From a virus, in the IMG/VR virus record IMGVR_UViG_3300025154_000076, positions 8,080-72,079 of that record: DNA of 64,000 nt; one strand, written 5' to 3'. Shown here in pieces: positions 60,703-64,000 of the stretch. The position numbers and the translations under genes are program-made. The notes under the pieces were generated by a model. The model ran no database searches, was not told the DNA's origin, and saw only the letters and a list, made by a program, of their open reading frames with translations. Numbering within the stretch: the stretch's first letter is position 1; every line of letters begins with the position of its first letter.

Positions 60703-60712
60703 TTTTCACTGT

Positions 60713-61091
60713 GCCTAACGTGACGCAAGTATGAGTAGTGCGACTTTGGAACACGAAACTTTGAATTAATAAAAGAACTAATAACAAATATTTTATGGCT
60801 TGGAAAACCGACAAACTTCCTTTAGAATACCTACAGCAAAGAGTAAGGTATTATGAAAAGGCAATCAAGAAAACAAAAAAATTAAAAGAAACGGGTTTGA
60901 TTGTTGGCGATATAGAATACACAGACGAAGATTTTGAGAGGTCTATAAAAAATTGTGAATACCTTTTGAATGAATTTAAAAAAGCAAGCTATCTAATTGC
61001 TGAAAATATGGAATAAAATATTTGTTATGGCATTTGGAACACTAAACTCGATTTTAAGCACAGCAGTAAGCATTACTTATACTTGTTAGTT
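60713..61091 (+). repeat. attC-like site S3 with an ORF inside its loop
   Basis: GCCTAAC...CAAGTATGAGTAGTGC / GCATTACTTATACTTG-TTAGTT. Confidence 0.75.
60795..61016 (+). CDS. hypothetical protein nested in the S3 loop
   Basis: 73-aa ORF with AT-rich leader. Confidence 0.6.
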   Translation: MAWKTDKLPLEYLQQRVRYYEKAIKKTKKLKETGLIVGDIEYTDEDFERSIKNCEYLLNEFKKASYLIAENME

Positions 61092-61113
61092 GCAGTACTT
61101 TATTTAAAATTAA

Positions 61114-61845
61114 TTGATTATGAAATATATGGGAAGCAAGGCGAGATTTACAAAAGAGATTTTGCCGATTATTTTAAAAGATAGAACAAACGAGCAGTGG
61201 TACATTGAGCCGTTTGCTGGAGGTATGAACGCAATTTGTGAGGTTGGGGGCAAACGAATAGCAAACGATATTCATTACCATTTAATTCAAATGTGGAAAG
61301 AACTTGTTAGCGGTTGGATTCCAAAAAAGATTACCAAAGAAGAATATTTAGAAGTAAGAACAGACCAGAGCAAATACCCTGCATATTTTGTTGGGTGGGT
61401 TGGTTTTAACTGCTCTTATTCGGGCAAATGGTTTGGTGGATTTGCTGACGACTACCCTGAAAGTAGAAGAAATAAAAATGGAATTTTACCAAATTACCAA
61501 ATGGAAGCAATAAACAACGTCCCTAAACAGGTTGAAAAAATGAAAGGTGTAATATTTCAAAATAAACCATACTATAAATTGGATTTGCCACCAAACAGTA
61601 TTATTTATTGTGACCCACCATATAAAGGCACAACTAAATATGCTAATAACTTTAACCATATCATTTTTTGGAATTGGGTAAGAAATATAAGCAAACAAGG
61701 ACACACTGTATTTGTGAGTGAATACAATGCACCTTCCGATTTTAAATGTGTTTGGGAAAAAGAAACAAATAGTCAACTATCAGCAAACGGCAAAATTGGA
61801 GGCAACAAAGTATCAACGGAGCGTCTTTTCTTGTATTGCAACTAA
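61114..61845 (+). CDS. DNA adenine methyltransferase (Dam/D12 class)
   Basis: MKYMGSK, YIEPFAGG, IYCDPPY, FVSEY. Confidence 0.92.
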   Translation: MIMKYMGSKARFTKEILPIILKDRTNEQWYIEPFAGGMNAICEVGGKRIANDIHYHLIQMWKELVSGWIPKKITKEEYLEVRTDQSKYPAYFVGWVGFNCSYSGKWFGGFADDYPESRRNKNGILPNYQMEAINNVPKQVEKMKGVIFQNKPYYKLDLPPNSIIYCDPPYKGTTKYANNFNHIIFWNWVRNISKQGHTVFVSEYNAPSDFKCVWEKETNSQLSANGKIGGNKVSTERLFLYCN

Positions 61846-61893
61846 CGGACGGGTATAAACCATCGTTTTAATGTGGTTTATACCTTGTCAGCA
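61840..61893 (+). repeat. attC-like site S4
   Basis: AACTAAC-GGAC-GGGTATAAACCA / TGGTTTATACCT-T-GTCAGCA. Confidence 0.75.
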
Positions 61894-61932
61894 ACTGGCA
61901 CGGTTAAATTAGTAAAAACTTAAATTAAAGTT

Positions 61933-62583
61933 ATGAATTTATTAGAATTATTTGCAGGATCGAGAAGCGTGGGAAAAGCAGGTGAACAATTAGGAATGAA
62001 TGTTTTTTCAGTCGATTGGGAACAATACGAAAATATAAACCTTTCAATTGATATTGGAGAATTAACAAAAGAAAATGTACCTTTTATTCCCGATGTAGTT
62101 TGGGCTTCACCTGATTGCACTACTTACACAATTGCTGCAATAAGCACACACAGAAATAAAACAGAACCAAAAAGCGATTATGCTAAAAAATGCGATACCG
62201 TAAACCAACACTTTATTGGATTAATTAAAGAATGGTTGGTTATAAATCCAAATATGGTATTTTTTATTGAAAATCCAAGAGGTATGATGAGGCATATGGA
62301 ATGGATGCAAGAATTTAAACGACATACTGTTTGGTATTGCCAATATGGAGATGATAAGGCAAAGCCAACAGATATTTGGACTAATTCAAAAACTTGGATA
62401 CCACGACCAGAATGCCACAATTACAAGTATGATAAACAAGGTAATGTAATTAATAAACATTGCCACCACGAAAGTGCAAGGCGTGGAGCAAAAACAGGAA
62501 CACAAGGCAGAAACGGACATTATGAACGATCAAAGATTCCACACGAACTTTGCAATGAGGTACTTCGTAGTGCTTGTTGCTAA
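61933..62583 (+). CDS. short C5-cytosine DNA methyltransferase-like protein
   Basis: LLELFAGS (motif I), WASPDC (IV), IENP (VI), YCQYG..KPTDIW. Confidence 0.8.
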   Translation: MNLLELFAGSRSVGKAGEQLGMNVFSVDWEQYENINLSIDIGELTKENVPFIPDVVWASPDCTTYTIAAISTHRNKTEPKSDYAKKCDTVNQHFIGLIKEWLVINPNMVFFIENPRGMMRHMEWMQEFKRHTVWYCQYGDDKAKPTDIWTNSKTWIPRPECHNYKYDKQGNVINKHCHHESARRGAKTGTQGRNGHYERSKIPHELCNEVLRSACC

Positions 62584-62706
62584 CGTTGAAGCTATGACCA
62601 GTAAAGGATTACGGAGCGATGAATTATCAAAATACACCGAACTGGATGTGAGCTACAACGTTGGATTACCCACTAAAACCTTTATTGGTTATAGCTTGTG
62701 TTAGCA
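62578..62706 (+). repeat. attC-like site S5
   Basis: TGCTAAC...AAGCTATGACCAGTAAAGG / CCTTTATTGGTTATAGCTT...GTTAGCA. Confidence 0.8.
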
Positions 62707-62746
62707 AATCGGCTTTTATTATTAATTAATTTAAAATCAAATAAAT

Positions 62747-63130
62747 ATGAGAGAATTAAATTTTAAAGCATGGGATAAGTCTCAAAGATATATGGCTTAT
62801 CAAGGAAATCCAGATTTAGAAACACTATCGAGTTTTATGTTTCATTTTGGGGATGACATTGTAATGCAATCAACTGGGTTTAAAGACAAAAATGACCGTG
62901 AAATTTTTGAAGGTGATATATTGAGCGATTGGAATGATGTTGATGGAAAACAAGTTCAGTCTTTTATACAAGTTTTTTGGTGCAATCAGTCGGGAGCATG
63001 GAAATTAGACAACTCATTTAAAAATGATATGTCAAGTGGCGATTTGTTAAGTGATGAATTGTCTGATTTTGCTTATGAAATCACTGGCAACATATATGAA
63101 TCGCCTGAATTGTTGCAGCGGTCTGTTTAA
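62747..63130 (+). CDS. YopX-family protein
   Basis: MRELNFKAWD...MQSTGFKDKNDREIFEGDI...EITGNIYESPELL. Confidence 0.9.
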   Translation: MRELNFKAWDKSQRYMAYQGNPDLETLSSFMFHFGDDIVMQSTGFKDKNDREIFEGDILSDWNDVDGKQVQSFIQVFWCNQSGAWKLDNSFKNDMSSGDLLSDELSDFAYEITGNIYESPELLQRSV

Positions 63131-63136
63131 GCTGTT

Positions 63137-63207
63137 TGCTAACGAACGGTGGTATGGTGCGGCTTGTGTTGCGCCTTCGGCAAGCTGCATTATACCACAT
63201 GTTAGGC
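63137..63207 (+). repeat. attC-like site S6
   Basis: TGCTAAC...GTGGTATGGTGCGGCTTG / CAAGCTGCATTATACCAC...GTTAGGC. Confidence 0.8.
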
Positions 63208-63243
63208 ACAGCACTTATTTTTTAATCTAAAATTAATCGAAAT

Positions 63244-63864
63244 ATGAGAATATTATTAGCGTGTGAAGAAAGCCAAACCGTAACAATTGAAATGCGAAAA
63301 CTAGGACACGAAGCATTTAGTTGTGATTTATTAGAGTGCTCAGGTGGACACCCCGAATGGCACTTACAACAAGATGTAACAGAACTATTAAAACAGCACT
63401 GGGATTTAATTATTGCTTTTCTACCTTGTACATTTTTAACAGTTACCGGGAATAGATGGTTTAATATTGAAAGATATGGTGAAAAAGCAATCCAACGCCA
63501 CAAAGACCGTGAATTTGCAATTAAGTTTTTCAAAATGTTTGCTGAGTCTAATTGCGAAAGAGTTGCAATTGAAAATCCAGTAGGCATAATGAGTAGTGAA
63601 TGGCGAAAACCCGACCAAATTATCAATCCTTTTCAGTTCGGTGATGCGTTTGAAAAAAAGACTTGTTTATGGCTAAAAGGTCTTCCGAAATTAGAACCTA
63701 CAAACATAGTTGAGCCACCTAAACGAACGGAGTTTGCAAGTGGTAAAAGTATGCCAACTTGGTACGCAGATGCTTGGAGACTTCCAAAAGAGGAAAGAGC
63801 AAAATTAAGGTCAAAAACATTTGAGGGGATTGCGAAGGCTATGGCGATGCAGTGGGCTTCCTAG
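63244..63864 (+). CDS. short C5-cytosine DNA methyltransferase-like protein
   Basis: LLACEES, IAFLPCT, IENP, PFQFGD..KKTCLWL, RSKTFEGIAKAMAMQW. Confidence 0.8.
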   Translation: MRILLACEESQTVTIEMRKLGHEAFSCDLLECSGGHPEWHLQQDVTELLKQHWDLIIAFLPCTFLTVTGNRWFNIERYGEKAIQRHKDREFAIKFFKMFAESNCERVAIENPVGIMSSEWRKPDQIINPFQFGDAFEKKTCLWLKGLPKLEPTNIVEPPKRTEFASGKSMPTWYADAWRLPKEERAKLRSKTFEGIAKAMAMQWAS

Positions 63865-63870
63865 TATTGT

Positions 63871-63966
63871 GCCTAACGTTTTGCGTATAAGAGATGTGGC
63901 ACTTATACGAATGTTTAAATCAAGGCACAAAGCCCAATGTGCCATATCTTTTATACGCTGTTATGT
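63871..63966 (+). repeat. attC-like site S7
   Basis: GCCTAAC...GCGTATAAGAGATGTGGCAC / GTGCCATATCTTTTATACGC-T-GTTATGT. Confidence 0.8.
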
Positions 63967-64000
63967 GCTGGGCGGTTTATCAGCACTAAATTTAATTTAA

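Noticed and set aside
60058-63626. Minus-strand ORFs in the cassette region and plus-strand ORF 62474-62704
   Set aside because: They are antisense or overlapping shadows of recognisable cassette genes and sites.
59912-63966. CRISPR array or ordinary intrinsic terminators
   Set aside because: Sites differ in sequence, lack U-tracts, are separated by whole genes, and their flanks pair across genes.

Overview
AT-rich fragment of a tailed dsDNA phage genome, most likely infecting Bacteroidota (Bacteroidota-type TAnnTTTG promoter boxes; crAss-like podovirus head/tail gene order). About 4.8-44.2 kb is a minus-strand late region: Thr-tailed protein, glycosylation cluster, GroES-like, TerL, portal, scaffold, MCP, tail fibre, ring/tail proteins, probable ejected proteins including a 2195-aa polyvalent protein, and lysis genes. 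About 44.5-50.9 kb is a plus-strand replication block (RNase H, initiator-like, DnaB), followed by an apparently intact IS200/IS605 element (tnpA+tnpB) and a block of small early-type genes. The main discovery is at 59.9-64 kb: an integron-like gene-cassette array. Single genes (three DNA methyltransferase-like genes, YopX, hypotheticals) are separated by seven imperfect hairpin sites, TAAC...GTTA. The outer flanks of these sites pair across each gene rather than within each site, which is the footprint expected from cassette shuffling. All stem mismatches favour folding of the sense strand, the opposite of canonical attC, and no integrase lies in the window. Other highlights are a putative virion O-glycosylation system (glycosyltransferases plus poly-Thr-tailed proteins), a strongly over-represented AACCCHTTAT motif, and in-frame repeat-bounded modules in the tail fibre. 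All calls were made by eye without database searches.
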